NCBI GenBank assembly: GCA_002842495.1
Contig: PHDB01000022.1
Coordinates: forward strand, 6,010-70,009
Reading direction: 5' to 3'
Source of the DNA: Bacteroidetes bacterium HGW-Bacteroidetes-6
GTDB lineage: Bacteria > Bacteroidota > Bacteroidia > Bacteroidales > DTU049
DNA length: 64,000 nucleotides
Each line of letters opens with the position of its first letter. The first letter of the stretch is position 1. A model generated the notes under the pieces. The model saw only the letters and a program-made list of their open reading frames with translations, was not told the origin of the DNA and did not search any database. Made by a program: the position numbers and the translations under genes. This document shows positions 35,523 to 48,235 of the stretch, piece by piece.

Positions 35523-36335
35523 ATGATCAAAAAAGTATTACAGCGACAAAATGATAATGGCGGAAAATTCTGGTCAAGATCGGATGGTGACATCCATGCG
35601 CCTTTCGGTTTTTCGACTATTGATACTTTATCAGTACTTGGAGAGATTGGCTGTTCGATTAATAATAATTCACAGATTATCGATGCCATTGACTTTATAT
35701 TTTCATATCAGACACCAGAAGGATGCTTTAAATATTCACCTAAAAGCTCAAAACTACCATGTTTGACGGCTCGGATAGTTTCAGGACTAGGGAGGCTTGG
35801 CGTAAAAAATGATCCAAGGATTGAGAAATGCTATAAATGGATGCTTGACTCTCAATGGAATGATGGCGGTTGGAGATGTGCGACTGTAAAACTTGGAAAA
35901 TCACCTTTAACTGATGCAAGTAATCCGGGAACGACCTTGTATGTGTTGGATGCTTTTCGGTTCAGGAATAATTCTGCTGACGATTCCGATAAATTGAATA
36001 AAGGTGTTGATTTTTTATTACAACATTGGGAAATACGACAGCCGGTCGGACCATGTAATTTTGGAATTGGTTCTACTTTTATGAAAGTTGAGTACCCTTT
36101 TTTACGATACAATCTGTTTTACTATGTTTATGTATTGTCATTCTATGATACAGCGAAGAATGATAAAAGATTTCTGGATGCATATAACCAATTGAAGGTT
36201 AAAATAAAAAATGACAAGTTGATGCCGGAAAATCCGCATAAAGCATGGAATGAATTTGATTTTGCCAAAAAAGGACATATTAGTGAGATTGGAACAAAAC
36301 GTTGGTTAGAAATTAAAAAAAACATTGATAAATGA
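35523..36335 (+). CDS. Prenyltransferase/squalene-oxidase repeat protein of unknown function
   Basis: QW-type repeats RQNDNGG, YQTPEG, SQWNDGGWRC. Confidence 0.65.
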   Translation: MIKKVLQRQNDNGGKFWSRSDGDIHAPFGFSTIDTLSVLGEIGCSINNNSQIIDAIDFIFSYQTPEGCFKYSPKSSKLPCLTARIVSGLGRLGVKNDPRIEKCYKWMLDSQWNDGGWRCATVKLGKSPLTDASNPGTTLYVLDAFRFRNNSADDSDKLNKGVDFLLQHWEIRQPVGPCNFGIGSTFMKVEYPFLRYNLFYYVYVLSFYDTAKNDKRFLDAYNQLKVKIKNDKLMPENPHKAWNEFDFAKKGHISEIGTKRWLEIKKNIDK

Positions 36336-36459
36336 AAGAAACATTTATTAATAGAATAACTTTGCTTTGCCATCTTCCCTGATTTCCCAATAAATATGTC
36401 TAATTACAATGTAAAATCGTTATCTTTGGCTCAAATTCTAATCTCAAAAACAAAATACA

Positions 36460-37920
36460 ATGAGTCAGGACATCAAAAATCTGGAACCCAAAGAAGTTTG
36501 GACGTATTTTCATGAATTAACCCAAATTCCCCGCCCTTCAAAACACGAAGAAGCTATTCGCGCCTACATGGTCAATTTTGGCAAATCACTTGGCCTTGAG
36601 ACCATCGAAGATAAGGTAGGAAACGTGATCATTCGCAAACCAGCCACTCCAGGCATGGAAAACCGCAAAGGAATTGTTTTGCAGGGTCATCTCGATATGG
36701 TTCCTCAGAAAAACAGCGATAAAGTTTTCGATTTTCTGAAAGATCCGATTGAAGCTTTTGTTGATGGCGAATGGGTTACTGCAAATGGAACCACTCTTGG
36801 TGCCGACAATGGAATGGGTGTTGCCGCAGCTATGGCTGTTCTGGCTTCAAAAACCATCAAACACGGTCCCGTTGAAGCACTAATGACTATTGACGAAGAA
36901 ACAGGAATGACTGGTGCTTTTGGCCTGGAGTCCAACGTGCTGAAAGCTGATATTCTAATCAACCTCGATAGTGAAGACGAAGGCGAAATGTATGTTGGTT
37001 GTGCTGGTGGGATTGATGCCAACATCACAATGAATTACACAACCATGCCTGTTCCTGCCGGACACAAAGCTTATAAATTAAGCCTTACCGGCCTCAAAGG
37101 CGGACACAGCGGAATGGAGATCATTCTTGGCCGAGGCAATGCCAACAAACTCATGAACCGCTTTATCCAACATGCCGTTGAGAAACACGACATGATGGTT
37201 GCTTCTATTCACGGAGGATCGTTACGCAATGCTATTCCACGCGAATCGTTTGCAGTGGTAACCATTCCAGAAAACCGCATTACTGAATTTACAGAATGTG
37301 TAAAAAAAATGGACGGCATTTTCCACCACGAACTTTCGGCTGTTGAACCCGAATTCACATTTATTGCAACGCCTGAAGTCATGCCCGAATCGGTTATTGA
37401 CCCCCAAGTAATCTGGAAATTGGTTCGTGCTATTTACGCTTGTCCAAATGGAGTAATTCGCATGAGCGACGCCATGGAAAACCTGGTTGAAACTTCGAAT
37501 AACCTTGCCAGTATCGATACCGACAATGGAGTTATTTCCATTAAATGTCTGCTTCGCAGCTCGGTCGACAGTGCCAAAGAAGACCTTGGGTATGCAGTTT
37601 CTGCAGCATTTGAATTGGCTGATGCCAATGTAAATCTCGATGGCGGATATCCTGGCTGGAAACCCAACATGGACAGTGCTATTCTGAAAAGCTGTCGCGA
37701 AATGTATCAGGGCATGTATGGTAAGATTCCTGAAATTAAAGCTATCCATGCCGGACTCGAATGCGGTTTACTGGGTGCAGTATATCCCAATTGGGATATG
37801 ATTTCGTTTGGACCGACCATTCGCTATCCTCATAGCCCCGACGAGAAGGTGAATATTGCATCGGTACAGAAGTTCTACGATTTTCTGGTAAAAGTGCTTG
37901 AAAACGCACCTATGAAATAA
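36460..37920 (+). CDS. pepD: Aminoacyl-histidine dipeptidase (M20C)
   Basis: QGHLDMV, TTLGADNG, DEETGM, NLDSE, GGHSG, IHAGLECG; TATCTTTG box at 36421. Confidence 0.95.
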   Translation: MSQDIKNLEPKEVWTYFHELTQIPRPSKHEEAIRAYMVNFGKSLGLETIEDKVGNVIIRKPATPGMENRKGIVLQGHLDMVPQKNSDKVFDFLKDPIEAFVDGEWVTANGTTLGADNGMGVAAAMAVLASKTIKHGPVEALMTIDEETGMTGAFGLESNVLKADILINLDSEDEGEMYVGCAGGIDANITMNYTTMPVPAGHKAYKLSLTGLKGGHSGMEIILGRGNANKLMNRFIQHAVEKHDMMVASIHGGSLRNAIPRESFAVVTIPENRITEFTECVKKMDGIFHHELSAVEPEFTFIATPEVMPESVIDPQVIWKLVRAIYACPNGVIRMSDAMENLVETSNNLASIDTDNGVISIKCLLRSSVDSAKEDLGYAVSAAFELADANVNLDGGYPGWKPNMDSAILKSCREMYQGMYGKIPEIKAIHAGLECGLLGAVYPNWDMISFGPTIRYPHSPDEKVNIASVQKFYDFLVKVLENAPMK

Positions 37921-37955
37921 GCTGAGTGATTTATTCAGCCAATCAGGTAAAATTC

Positions 37956-37989
37956 AAAAAAGGCTTCGTTTAATCCGAAGCCTTTTTTT
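37956..37989. terminator. Bidirectional intrinsic terminator
   Basis: AAAAAAGGCTTCG-loop-CGAAGCCTTTTTTT between convergent genes. Confidence 0.85.
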
Positions 37990-38017
37990 GATTCTTTGCT
38001 GCCATAGTGAAGAAAAC

Positions 38018-38755
38018 TTAGTTCTTTTTTGCATCAAGCCAACGTGTGGCTTTCACCATGAATCGGGTAAAGAGATAAATGAATGTTCCGACACCAAGTC
38101 CAATCACCCATTCAATGTCGAGAAAAAGTTTTTCAGTATAAATAAGGTGCTTTAAAAAATTAATCAATGCAAATGAAAATATTGTAGCATAGAATCCATG
38201 GTATTCGCGGCGAATTACACTCTTGAGGTTAAACCTGCGTCCTGTCTTCACATATCCTGTAAGCTTCGGAAAAAAAGCTGGTGTTTTAGCAGCCCAATCG
38301 TCGAATTCGGTTCCGAATTTCTTTCCAATGAACATTTCCTCGGCAAACATAATTCGTTCGTAATACACCCAGAAAAAGAATACACCGAAAATAATAAATT
38401 CGACGCTACCTACATAAATAATCAGCCCAAGCCACATCAGAAAATTACCAAGATAGAGCGGATGCCTAACAAGGGAATATATGCCTGTTGAATTGAGCGA
38501 ATCGGCTACCTGACTGCCTGTGTTTCGGCCCGAGGTGCCTCGGGGGGCAAAACCAATAGCAATAGCACGAACAAGCATTCCAACAGCCGAAACAGCCAAA
38601 CAAATCAAGCTCCACCAATACTCTTGAAACGAAATCAGTTCATCGGTATCAAGCCAAATAGCCAAAATAGCAAAAACATATAAAACAACAGGAATATAGC
38701 TCCTGTACTTGAAAAAGCGATTACCACTCTTTTCAAATTCCCTGATTAGTGACAT
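38018..38755 (-). CDS. Isoprenylcysteine/PEMT-type membrane methyltransferase (LmtA-like)
   Basis: GTSGRNT, GIYSLVRHPLYLGN, YERI..AEE, TPAFFP. Confidence 0.75.
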   Translation of the reverse strand: MSLIREFEKSGNRFFKYRSYIPVVLYVFAILAIWLDTDELISFQEYWWSLICLAVSAVGMLVRAIAIGFAPRGTSGRNTGSQVADSLNSTGIYSLVRHPLYLGNFLMWLGLIIYVGSVEFIIFGVFFFWVYYERIMFAEEMFIGKKFGTEFDDWAAKTPAFFPKLTGYVKTGRRFNLKSVIRREYHGFYATIFSFALINFLKHLIYTEKLFLDIEWVIGLGVGTFIYLFTRFMVKATRWLDAKKN

Positions 38756-38773
38756 AGTTGGGTTTTAAGCAGA

Positions 38774-40119
<1,346 letters not shown>

Positions 40120-40150
40120 CAAAAGTATGAAAAATTCCGTTTGCCGGAAA

Positions 40151-40786
40151 TTATTTTTCCTCTTCGTCCTTAGCTTCAGGCTCGTCTGTTACAGGTTCAT
40201 CGGCAACTTCAGGAGCTTCTTCAACAGAAGTTTCCGGAGTTTCTTCAACCTGAGCAACAGGAGTTTCTTCAACCTCGGCTACAGGAGTCTCATCGGCTGC
40301 AGGAGCAGCTACTTCTTTAGCTTTTGGTTTGGCAACTGGGGCTGTAACTTCGTCGGTTTTCTTAACTTTCGAGCGGCGTGTACGACCTGTAGTTTTCTTA
40401 GCATCGGCATTGTTCGACAACATATTTTCGTTGTAATCAACAAGTTCCATCATGCACATATCCGCATTATCGCCAAGACGAGGAGCTGTTTTCAGAATAC
40501 GAGTGTAACCACCCGGACGGTCGGCCACTTTGTTCGAAATTTCGCGAAACAATTCTTTCACAGCTTCTTTATCTTGCAGATATTTGAAAGCAAGACGGCG
40601 ATTGTTCATTGTATCATCTTTCGAAAGTGTGATAACAGGTTCAACAAAGCCGCGCAAAGCTTTTGCTTTTTGCAGTGTAGTATTGATGCGCTTATGCATA
40701 ATAAGCGAGCAGGCCATGTTTGACAACATAGCTGCACGGTGAGCTGTTTTGCGGCCTAATTTATTGAAAGCGTTCTTGTGTCTCAT
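40151..40786 (-). CDS. rplQ: 50S ribosomal protein L17 with acidic C-terminal extension
   Basis: [17 protein letters not shown]. Confidence 0.97.
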   Translation of the reverse strand: MRHKNAFNKLGRKTAHRAAMLSNMACSLIMHKRINTTLQKAKALRGFVEPVITLSKDDTMNNRRLAFKYLQDKEAVKELFREISNKVADRPGGYTRILKTAPRLGDNADMCMMELVDYNENMLSNNADAKKTTGRTRRSKVKKTDEVTAPVAKPKAKEVAAPAADETPVAEVEETPVAQVEETPETSVEEAPEVADEPVTDEPEAKDEEEK

Positions 40787-40791
40787 CTCAA

Positions 40792-41784
40792 TTAATCCTT
40801 ATCGAGTTTATATTTTGCAACGTTCATTCCGAAATGCAGATTTTTCGATTTCACCAGCTCTTCGAGTTCAGCAAGCGATTTTTTCCCAAAATTTCTGAAT
40901 TTCAACAAATCATTTTTGTTGTAAGAAACCAGTTCGCCGAGGGTCTCTACATCAGCAGCTTTGAGGCAGTTGAGAGCCCTAACGCTGAGGTCCATATCTG
41001 AAAGTTTGGTTTTCAAAAGATGACGCATATGCAGATAATCTTCGTCGAAGTCATCAACAACAGTTTTCTCAGTTGTTTCGATATCGATTTTTTCGTCCGA
41101 AAAAAGCACAAAATGCTGAATGAGAATCGACGAAGCTTCTTTCAAAGCATCTTTCGGAACAATCGAACCATCGGTTTCAATTGTAAGGATGAGTTTCTCA
41201 TAATCAGTTTTCTGCTCAACACGATAGTTTTCGATATCGTAGTTCACGTTACGAATAGGAGTAAATATAGCATCCATCGGAACGTAACCAATGTTTTCGG
41301 CAGCTGGTTTGAGGTCTTCGGCAGCCACATATCCACGTCCACGTTCGATATTGAGTTCGAAGCTGAGTTTCACTGTGGGGTCGAGGTGACAAATCACCAA
41401 TTCAGGATTGAGCACCTGAAAACCTGAGAGGAATTTATTCAGATCTCCGGCAGTCACAACTTCCTGTCCCTGAAAAACAGCATTCACATGCTCCGAATTC
41501 AATTCGTCGATTTGTCGTTTCAGACAAACCTGTTTCAGGTTGAGGACAATATCAACCACGTCTTCTACAACACCATCGATGGTAGAGAATTCGTGAAGGA
41601 CGCCGTCGAATTTCACACCGGTGATAGCAAACCCTTCGAGCGACGACAGCAAGATTCGGCGCAATGAATTGCCGATAGTGATGCCGTAGCCTGGCTCCAG
41701 GGGTCTGAATTCAAATATGCCCTTGCGTTCGTCGGACTCTATCTGAACAACTTTATCCGGTTTCTGAAAACTTAAAATGGCCAT
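40792..41784 (-). CDS. rpoA: RNA polymerase alpha subunit
   Basis: [37 protein letters not shown]. Confidence 0.98.
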   Translation of the reverse strand: MAILSFQKPDKVVQIESDERKGIFEFRPLEPGYGITIGNSLRRILLSSLEGFAITGVKFDGVLHEFSTIDGVVEDVVDIVLNLKQVCLKRQIDELNSEHVNAVFQGQEVVTAGDLNKFLSGFQVLNPELVICHLDPTVKLSFELNIERGRGYVAAEDLKPAAENIGYVPMDAIFTPIRNVNYDIENYRVEQKTDYEKLILTIETDGSIVPKDALKEASSILIQHFVLFSDEKIDIETTEKTVVDDFDEDYLHMRHLLKTKLSDMDLSVRALNCLKAADVETLGELVSYNKNDLLKFRNFGKKSLAELEELVKSKNLHFGMNVAKYKLDKD

Positions 41785-41802
41785 AATAACTATTAAAGGT
41801 TT

Positions 41803-42408
41803 TTATTTGCTGTACAATTCAACGATGAGCTGTTCCTTAATATTTTCAGGAATAGCCTCGCGTTCGGGATAGTTCAGGAATTTTCCTTCCATTTTCGAAC
41901 CGTCCCACTCGAGCCAACTGTACTGATTGCTATGTCCGGCAAGCGATTCGCTAACAACCTCAAGGTTTTTGCTTTTTTCGCGTACCATTACAACGTCGCC
42001 TGGGCGAAGAAGGAATGAAGGGATATTAACAATTGCACCGTTAACTTCAACATGTTTGTGGCTTACCAACTGACGTGCACCACTACGAGTAGGTGAAATT
42101 CCCAAACGATAAACAACATTGTCTAAGCGCGATTCAATAAGCTGAAGAAGATTTTCGCCAGTAACACCTTTTTTAGTGCTGGCCAGGTTAAACAATTTCT
42201 TAAACTGACGCTCAAGAATACCATAGGTATACTTAGCTTTTTGTTTCTCCATCAACTGAACGCCGTATTCAGAAACTTTTCTTCTACGTTTCGACTGCCC
42301 GTGTTGTCCGGGAGGATACTTTTTCTTTTCCAGATGCTTGTCGAATCCGTAAATTGGTTCCTGAAATTTACGGGCGATTTTCGATTTTGGTCCGATATAT
42401 CTTGCCAT
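41803..42408 (-). CDS. rpsD: 30S ribosomal protein S4
   Basis: [24 protein letters not shown]. Confidence 0.98.
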   Translation of the reverse strand: MARYIGPKSKIARKFQEPIYGFDKHLEKKKYPPGQHGQSKRRRKVSEYGVQLMEKQKAKYTYGILERQFKKLFNLASTKKGVTGENLLQLIESRLDNVVYRLGISPTRSGARQLVSHKHVEVNGAIVNIPSFLLRPGDVVMVREKSKNLEVVSESLAGHSNQYSWLEWDGSKMEGKFLNYPEREAIPENIKEQLIVELYSK

Positions 42409-42431
42409 AATACTCTTTTTTCTTCAATTAA

Positions 42432-42821
42432 TTAAACCCTGCGGCGTTTTGGAGGACGGCAACCGTTATGAGGAATTGGTGTTACATCAACAATTTCTGT
42501 CACTTCAATACCTGCTCCGTGAATGCTGCGGATTGCACTTTCGCGACCCGATCCCGGACCTTTAACATACACCTTTACTTTGCGTAAACCTGCATCGAAC
42601 GCAACTTTAGCGCAATCTTCAGCTGCAATTTGTGCTGCATAAGGAGTGTTTTTCTTACTACCTCTGAAACCCATTTTACCGGCAGAAGACCATGAAATCA
42701 CCTGGCCTACCTCATTGGTGAGCGAAATGATAATATTGTTGAACGAAGCCCTAACGTAAGCGTTGCCGAAAGGTTCAACTTTCACCTTACGTTTCCTGAC
42801 CGTTTTCGTTTGTTTTGCCAT
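42432..42821 (-). CDS. rpsK: 30S ribosomal protein S11
   Basis: [22 protein letters not shown]. Confidence 0.98.
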   Translation of the reverse strand: MAKQTKTVRKRKVKVEPFGNAYVRASFNNIIISLTNEVGQVISWSSAGKMGFRGSKKNTPYAAQIAAEDCAKVAFDAGLRKVKVYVKGPGSGRESAIRSIHGAGIEVTEIVDVTPIPHNGCRPPKRRRV

Positions 42822-42842
42822 ATTGATTTATTTCAATTGTTA

Positions 42843-43223
42843 TTAACCTTTAGGAGCCTTCTTCTTGTTAGCAACCGTTTTCTTCCTGCCCTTACGGGTA
42901 CGGGCATTATTCTTGGTGCTTTGTCCGCGAAGCGGCAATCCCAGACGGTGACGGATACCACGGTAACAACCGATGTCCATCAAACGTTTGATGTTCATCT
43001 GAACCTCGGAGCGCAATGCACCTTCGGTTTTGACGTCATCATTGATTACCTGACGGATAGCCGACAATTCATTATCATCCCAATCCTGTACCTTTTTATC
43101 AAAGCTGACTTCGGCCTTGGTCAAAATCATCTGAGCGGTGGAGCGGCCAATACCATAGATATAGGTGAGACCTATCTCGCCCCGCTTGTTTTTAGGTAAA
43201 TCGATTCCTGCAATACGTGCCAT
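42843..43223 (-). CDS. rpsM: 30S ribosomal protein S13
   Basis: [22 protein letters not shown]. Confidence 0.98.
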   Translation of the reverse strand: MARIAGIDLPKNKRGEIGLTYIYGIGRSTAQMILTKAEVSFDKKVQDWDDNELSAIRQVINDDVKTEGALRSEVQMNIKRLMDIGCYRGIRHRLGLPLRGQSTKNNARTRKGRKKTVANKKKAPKG

Positions 43224-43247
43224 ATATCGTTTTTTTCAATTTCCGGT

Positions 43248-43364
43248 TTAACCCTGACGTTGTTTAAACTTGGGGTTTTTCTTGTTAATAATGTACACCC
43301 TGCCTTTGCGGCGAACGATTTTACAATCGGGTGTGCGTTTCTTCACTGAAGCTCTCACTTTCAT
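43248..43364 (-). CDS. rpmJ: 50S ribosomal protein L36 (below the ORF-track cut-off)
   Basis: Manual translation [38 protein letters not shown]. Confidence 0.95.
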   Translation of the reverse strand: MKVRASVKKRTPDCKIVRRKGRVYIINKKNPKFKQRQG

Positions 43365-43377
43365 AATGCTTTCCTTT

Positions 43378-43596
43378 TTATTTGTACCTGAACGTTATTC
43401 TGCCTTTGGTCAAATCGTAAGGCGAAATTTCCATACGAACTCTGTCGCCAGGCAGAATCTTGATGTAATGCATACGCATCTTACCTGAAATGTGGGCCAA
43501 TATTATATGCCCGTTTTCCAGTTCGACGCGGAACATTGCATTGCCTAAGCTTTCAATTACAGTTCCGTCTTGTTCAATTGCACCTTGTTTTGCCAT
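43378..43596 (-). CDS. infA: Translation initiation factor IF-1
   Basis: [23 protein letters not shown]. Confidence 0.98.
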   Translation of the reverse strand: MAKQGAIEQDGTVIESLGNAMFRVELENGHIILAHISGKMRMHYIKILPGDRVRMEISPYDLTKGRITFRYK

Positions 43597-43604
43597 ATTT
43601 TATT

Positions 43605-44381
43605 TTACTCTCGGTTTTCAATAAAGTCGTACGTCGATATCACTTCAGGTTTTCCTTTTTTAACAACCACCATGTGTTCAAAATGAGCACTGGGGCTGTG
43701 GTCGCGTGTTCTGATTGTCCATCCATCGTTTTCCTGAACCACCTTCCATGTTCCCGAATTAATCATCGGTTCTATACAAATGACCATGTTTTCAACCAGT
43801 GGCATTCCACGCCCACGTTTTCCATAATTCGGTACCTCAGGTTTCTCGTGCAAATGTCTTCCTATTCCATGTCCTACCAGATCGCGCACCACATGAAAGC
43901 CATTTCGTTCCACATGAAGTTGTACTGCATAACCAATATCGCCGACACAATTTCCCGGAATAGCTTCTGCAATCCCAAGTTCAAGCGATTCTCGGGTTAC
44001 ACGTACCAGATCGATTGTGCGTTTATCGGTTTCTCCAACAATAAACGTGTATGCATAATCGCCAAAATACCCATTTAAAACAGCACCGCAATCTACAGAA
44101 ACCACATCGCCATCCTTCACTACCCTGCTGCCCGGAATTCCGTGTACAACCTGATCGTTAATTGAGATACAAAGAGTAGCCGGAAATCCATTGTACCCTT
44201 TAAAAGCTGGAATTCCACCATGTGTGCGGATAAATTCCTCAGCAATCCGATCAAGGGTACGAGTTTCTACACCTGATTTCAGATGACGGGAAACCTCTCC
44301 CAAAGTTTTACCAACAAGCAAAGAACTCTCTTTCAGCAGCAGTATTTCTTCATCGGTTTTCTGCAGCATACCTACACTCAT
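43605..44381 (-). CDS. map: Methionine aminopeptidase type I
   Basis: VVHGIP, DCG..GD, GHGIG..HE, IEPMI, SAHFEH. Confidence 0.96.
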   Translation of the reverse strand: MSVGMLQKTDEEILLLKESSLLVGKTLGEVSRHLKSGVETRTLDRIAEEFIRTHGGIPAFKGYNGFPATLCISINDQVVHGIPGSRVVKDGDVVSVDCGAVLNGYFGDYAYTFIVGETDKRTIDLVRVTRESLELGIAEAIPGNCVGDIGYAVQLHVERNGFHVVRDLVGHGIGRHLHEKPEVPNYGKRGRGMPLVENMVICIEPMINSGTWKVVQENDGWTIRTRDHSPSAHFEHMVVVKKGKPEVISTYDFIENRE

Positions 44382-45746
44382 TTACATACCTCCCATTCCA
44401 GTGGTTGTACGTCCTTTGATACGTCCTGACTTTGTAAGACCATCATAATGACGCATCAGCAAATGGCTTTCGACCTGTTGTAAGGTATCGAGAACCACAC
44501 CCACAAGAATCAGCAGCGAAGTGCCCCCATAGAATTGGGCGAACTGGCTGTTTATTCCAAAAATACGAACCAAAGCCGGCATAACGGCAACAAAAGCAAG
44601 AAATATTGATCCCGGCAGCGTAATACGCGACATAACGGTATCGATAAATTCAGCAGTTCGTTTGCCTGGTTTAATGCCAGGGATAAAGCCTCCGTTCTTT
44701 TTAAGATCTTCGGCCATTTGATTCGGATTGATGGTTATAGCAGTATAGAAATATGTAAACAAAATAATCAAGATTGCAAAAGTAAGGTTGTACCAAAATC
44801 CATTGGGATTGGTCAATGCCGAAACAAATCCTGTCATTGTATCACTATCGGCAAAACCTGCCAGTGTAATGGGAAGGAACATCAAAGCCTGGGCAAAGAT
44901 AATCGGCATAACACCAGCTGCATTAACTTTCAGAGGAACATACTGACGAACTCCTCCATATTGTTTATTGCCAACAACACGTTTGGCATATTGTACAGGG
45001 ATTTTTCGAGTTCCTTGCACAAGAAGAATACTTACCACAATTACCAATATCAGCACAAGCAACTCTATGATAAACACCATTAGTCCTCCACCAGCAACCT
45101 CCATACGCGAAGTAAATTCGGCGACGAGAGCAAATGGTAAACGGGCAATAATACCAATCATAATAATAAGAGAAATTCCGTTGCCTATACCTTTATCAGT
45201 AATCCGCTCCCCAAGCCACATAACAAATAATGTACCGGCTGTGAGAATAACAGTTGATGATAAACGGAAAAGGAAAGGAATCTGCATCATTTCGGGATCG
45301 AATGGGAAAATACCACCGGCCGGAATTGTTGATCCAAGGTTAGCAATATAACCCTGTGCCTGAGCAGCTGTAATTATTACAGTGAGGTAACGGGTAATCT
45401 GATTAATTTTTTTACGGCCACTTTCACCCTCGCGTTGCAGACGCTGGAAGTAAGGCACAGCCATACCAAGCAACTGAACAACGATAGAAGCGGAAATATA
45501 GGGCATGATACCGAGTGCAAAAACCGACGCATTAGAAAATGCACCACCTGAGAACATATTGATAAGACCCAGGAGGCCATCTTGTCCCTGCGACTGAAGA
45601 GCGCCGAGAGCGTCGGGGTTGATACCCGGCAATACCACATATGACCCAAAACGATAGATAAGAATGATCAAAATGGTATAGAGGATTCTCTTTTTGAGAT
45701 CCTCAATTTTATTGATGTTCTTTATGGTATTGACGAAGCGACTCAT
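44382..45746 (-). CDS. secY: Preprotein translocase SecY
   Basis: LGIMPYISASI, GIGNGISLII, IPGIKPG, GGTSLLI. Confidence 0.98.
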   Translation of the reverse strand: MSRFVNTIKNINKIEDLKKRILYTILIILIYRFGSYVVLPGINPDALGALQSQGQDGLLGLINMFSGGAFSNASVFALGIMPYISASIVVQLLGMAVPYFQRLQREGESGRKKINQITRYLTVIITAAQAQGYIANLGSTIPAGGIFPFDPEMMQIPFLFRLSSTVILTAGTLFVMWLGERITDKGIGNGISLIIMIGIIARLPFALVAEFTSRMEVAGGGLMVFIIELLVLILVIVVSILLVQGTRKIPVQYAKRVVGNKQYGGVRQYVPLKVNAAGVMPIIFAQALMFLPITLAGFADSDTMTGFVSALTNPNGFWYNLTFAILIILFTYFYTAITINPNQMAEDLKKNGGFIPGIKPGKRTAEFIDTVMSRITLPGSIFLAFVAVMPALVRIFGINSQFAQFYGGTSLLILVGVVLDTLQQVESHLLMRHYDGLTKSGRIKGRTTTGMGGM

Positions 45747-45751
45747 TCAGG

Positions 45752-46198
45752 TTAGATTTTTGTTGCGTTACCACCTTTTTCTTCGATAGCTTTAACCGCA
45801 GATGATGAAAATGCGTGAGCTTTAACTTCAAGCTTGAGGGAGAGCACTCCACGACCGAGAATTTTCACCAAGTCGTTTTTAGATACCAACCCATGTGCAT
45901 GAAGCGTTTCGGGATCAATAGTCTGCAAATTGTGTTTTGCAGCTAATTCCTGAATTACATCAATATTCAAGGCGCGAAATTCAACACGATTGAAATTCTT
46001 GAAACCAAATTTGGGCACCCGGCGTTGTAAAGGCATCTGGCCTCCTTCGAAACCAATCTTACGGCTATAACCGCTGCGCGATTGAGCACCTTTATGTCCA
46101 CGTGTCGATGTGCCGCCGCGTCCCGAACCCTGGCCCCTGCCGATTCGTTTTTCGCTTTTGACTGATCCGTCTGCCGGTTTTAAATTACTTAAATCCAT
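45752..46198 (-). CDS. rplO: 50S ribosomal protein L15
   Basis: [18 protein letters not shown]; true start ATG 46198. Confidence 0.96.
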   Translation of the reverse strand: MDLSNLKPADGSVKSEKRIGRGQGSGRGGTSTRGHKGAQSRSGYSRKIGFEGGQMPLQRRVPKFGFKNFNRVEFRALNIDVIQELAAKHNLQTIDPETLHAHGLVSKNDLVKILGRGVLSLKLEVKAHAFSSSAVKAIEEKGGNATKI

Positions 46199-46211
46199 TT
46201 TCTTCAATTTT

Positions 46212-46328
46212 TTATGTGTGTTCAACACTGGAATGCATTTTGCCGAGTCCTAAAGCCGTTGCATTGAGACGCTGGTTTTTCGGACGATCAATAAGGCTTT
46301 TGATCAAAGTAACACGAATTTTTTTCAT
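46212..46328 (-). pseudogene. rpmD: 50S ribosomal protein L30, truncated to 38 aa
   Basis: [38 protein letters not shown] at the canonical rpsE-rplO position; about 20 C-terminal residues missing. Confidence 0.75.
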
Positions 46329-46339
46329 AGCTTCCAATA

Positions 46340-46858
46340 TTAACCGTTAAACACTTGTTCGATTGATATTCCTCTGAGATCGGCAACAGCGTAAGCATCT
46401 TTCAGATTCATGAGAGCGTTTACAGTTGCTTTAACAACGTTGTGGGGATTTGAGGAGCCTTTTGACTTGGCAAGCACGTTTTTAACACCAACACTCTCAA
46501 GAACAGCACGCATAGCACCACCAGCAATAACGCCAGTACCAGGAGCAGCTGGTTTCAAAAACACATTAGCTCCACCATATTTTCCTGCTTGTTCGTGAGG
46601 AAGAGTTCCGTTGAGAATTCTTACGCGAATCAGATTTTTCTTGGCATCTTCAATACCTTTAGAGATGGCCGAAGTAACTTCTTTGGCTTTTCCCAATCCG
46701 TATCCAACAACACCGTCTTCGTTTCCAACAACTACAATAGCTGAGAAACTGAAAGTACGACCGCCCTTGGTTACTTTGGTAACTCTTTGTATGCTTACGA
46801 GACGATCCTTGAATTCAATGTCGCTCGATTTTACTTTTTTTACGCTGATATTAGCCAT
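46340..46858 (-). CDS. rpsE: 30S ribosomal protein S5
   Basis: [18 protein letters not shown]. Confidence 0.98.
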   Translation of the reverse strand: MANISVKKVKSSDIEFKDRLVSIQRVTKVTKGGRTFSFSAIVVVGNEDGVVGYGLGKAKEVTSAISKGIEDAKKNLIRVRILNGTLPHEQAGKYGGANVFLKPAAPGTGVIAGGAMRAVLESVGVKNVLAKSKGSSNPHNVVKATVNALMNLKDAYAVADLRGISIEQVFNG

Positions 46859-46863
46859 ATTAC

Positions 46864-47226
46864 TCAGAATTTTAATCCACCTTCTCTGGCCGCTTCAGCC
46901 AAAGCTTTAACTCTACCATGATATTGATAACCATTGCGATCGAAAACAACAGACTGAACTCCGTTGTCTTTCGCCAAATCGGCAATTAATTTACCAACAA
47001 GCTTCGCTTTATCGGTTTTAGTTACCTTTTGATCGGCAACATCTTTCATACGCGAAGATGCTGAAAGCAATGTTTTTCCTGTTTTGTCGTCAATAAGCTG
47101 CACATAAATTTCTTTACAGCTACGGAAGACCGACATACGCGGACGCTCGGCATCGCCGTTCACAACCTTGCGAATGCGCATCTTAATGCGTTTTCTGCTG
47201 AATTCTTTTCTGCTTTTAATAGCCAT
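46864..47226 (-). CDS. rplR: 50S ribosomal protein L18
   Basis: [20 protein letters not shown]. Confidence 0.97.
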   Translation of the reverse strand: MAIKSRKEFSRKRIKMRIRKVVNGDAERPRMSVFRSCKEIYVQLIDDKTGKTLLSASSRMKDVADQKVTKTDKAKLVGKLIADLAKDNGVQSVVFDRNGYQYHGRVKALAEAAREGGLKF

Positions 47227-47240
47227 AACTACCTCTTTGT

Positions 47241-47798
47241 TTATTTGGACGCAGCAGCTTTACCGGCCTTGCGACGTAATACTTCTCCAACAAATTTAAC
47301 ACCTTTACCTTTGTATGGTTCAGGTTTTCTGAACGAACGAATCTTGCTGGCCACCTGACCAAGCAACTGTTTGTCGAACGATGTGAGAGTAATCAAAGGA
47401 GCTTTACCTTTTTCGGTAAGTGTTTCAACTTTAACCTCACCCGGAATCTCAAACAAAATGTTGTGTGAATGACCCAAACTCAAATCGAGCAACTGCCCGT
47501 TATTTGAACATTTGTAACCAACACCGATGAGTTCGAGTTTCGCTGTGAATCCTTCCGAAACACCCTGAACCATATTGGCCAGAAGAGAACGATAAAGACC
47601 ATGATAAGAACGAACTTGCTTTTCGTCGTTGATTCGCTCAATAGTCATTACATTGTTTTCGACATTCACTTTGATTTCAGGTGCAATCTGCTGCTTTAAT
47701 TCACCCTTGGGTCCTTTAACAGACACTAGATTTTCGGCAGAGATGTTCACCTGAACACCCGTTGGTATATCAATAATTTTCTTTCCGATCCTTGACAT
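47241..47798 (-). CDS. rplF: 50S ribosomal protein L6
   Basis: [19 protein letters not shown]. Confidence 0.98.
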   Translation of the reverse strand: MSRIGKKIIDIPTGVQVNISAENLVSVKGPKGELKQQIAPEIKVNVENNVMTIERINDEKQVRSYHGLYRSLLANMVQGVSEGFTAKLELIGVGYKCSNNGQLLDLSLGHSHNILFEIPGEVKVETLTEKGKAPLITLTSFDKQLLGQVASKIRSFRKPEPYKGKGVKFVGEVLRRKAGKAAASK

Positions 47799-47818
47799 TG
47801 GAATTCCTCCTGTTTAAA

Positions 47819-48217
47819 TTATGAAACGAAACAAACTACTTCGCCTCCAACATTTTCCTTCCTGGCCTGCTTGTCGGTCATCAAGCCTTTCGACGTACTG
47901 ATGATTGCAACACCAAGACCATTCATCACACGGGGAAGATCCTGAGCTGCAGAATATTTTCTGAGACCAGGACGGCTAACACGTTTAATGAGCGAAATAG
48001 CCGACTGCTTCGACGTTGGATGATATTTGAGGGCAATCTTCAATTTCTTAGGTATCATGTTTTCTTCAACCTTATAATTGAGGATGTAGCCGTTTTCGTG
48101 CAAAACTTTAGCCATCTCGACCAACATTTTGTTGGAAGGAACTTCCACAAGACGGTGGTTGGCTTTTATAGCGTTTCGAACGCGTGTCAGAAAATCTGCA
48201 ATGGGATCCGTTACCAT
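47819..48217 (-). CDS. rpsH: 30S ribosomal protein S8
   Basis: DPIADFLTR, SRPGLRKY, STSKG. Confidence 0.98.
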   Translation of the reverse strand: MVTDPIADFLTRVRNAIKANHRLVEVPSNKMLVEMAKVLHENGYILNYKVEENMIPKKLKIALKYHPTSKQSAISLIKRVSRPGLRKYSAAQDLPRVMNGLGVAIISTSKGLMTDKQARKENVGGEVVCFVS

Positions 48218-48235
48218 GCTATATTATTTTTAAAA

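Noticed and set aside
40151-40330. 8-aa periodic acidic tail of L17 (PVAEVEET) and the G/N-rich tail of S3
   Set aside because: Low-complexity extensions of these proteins are common in Bacteroidota
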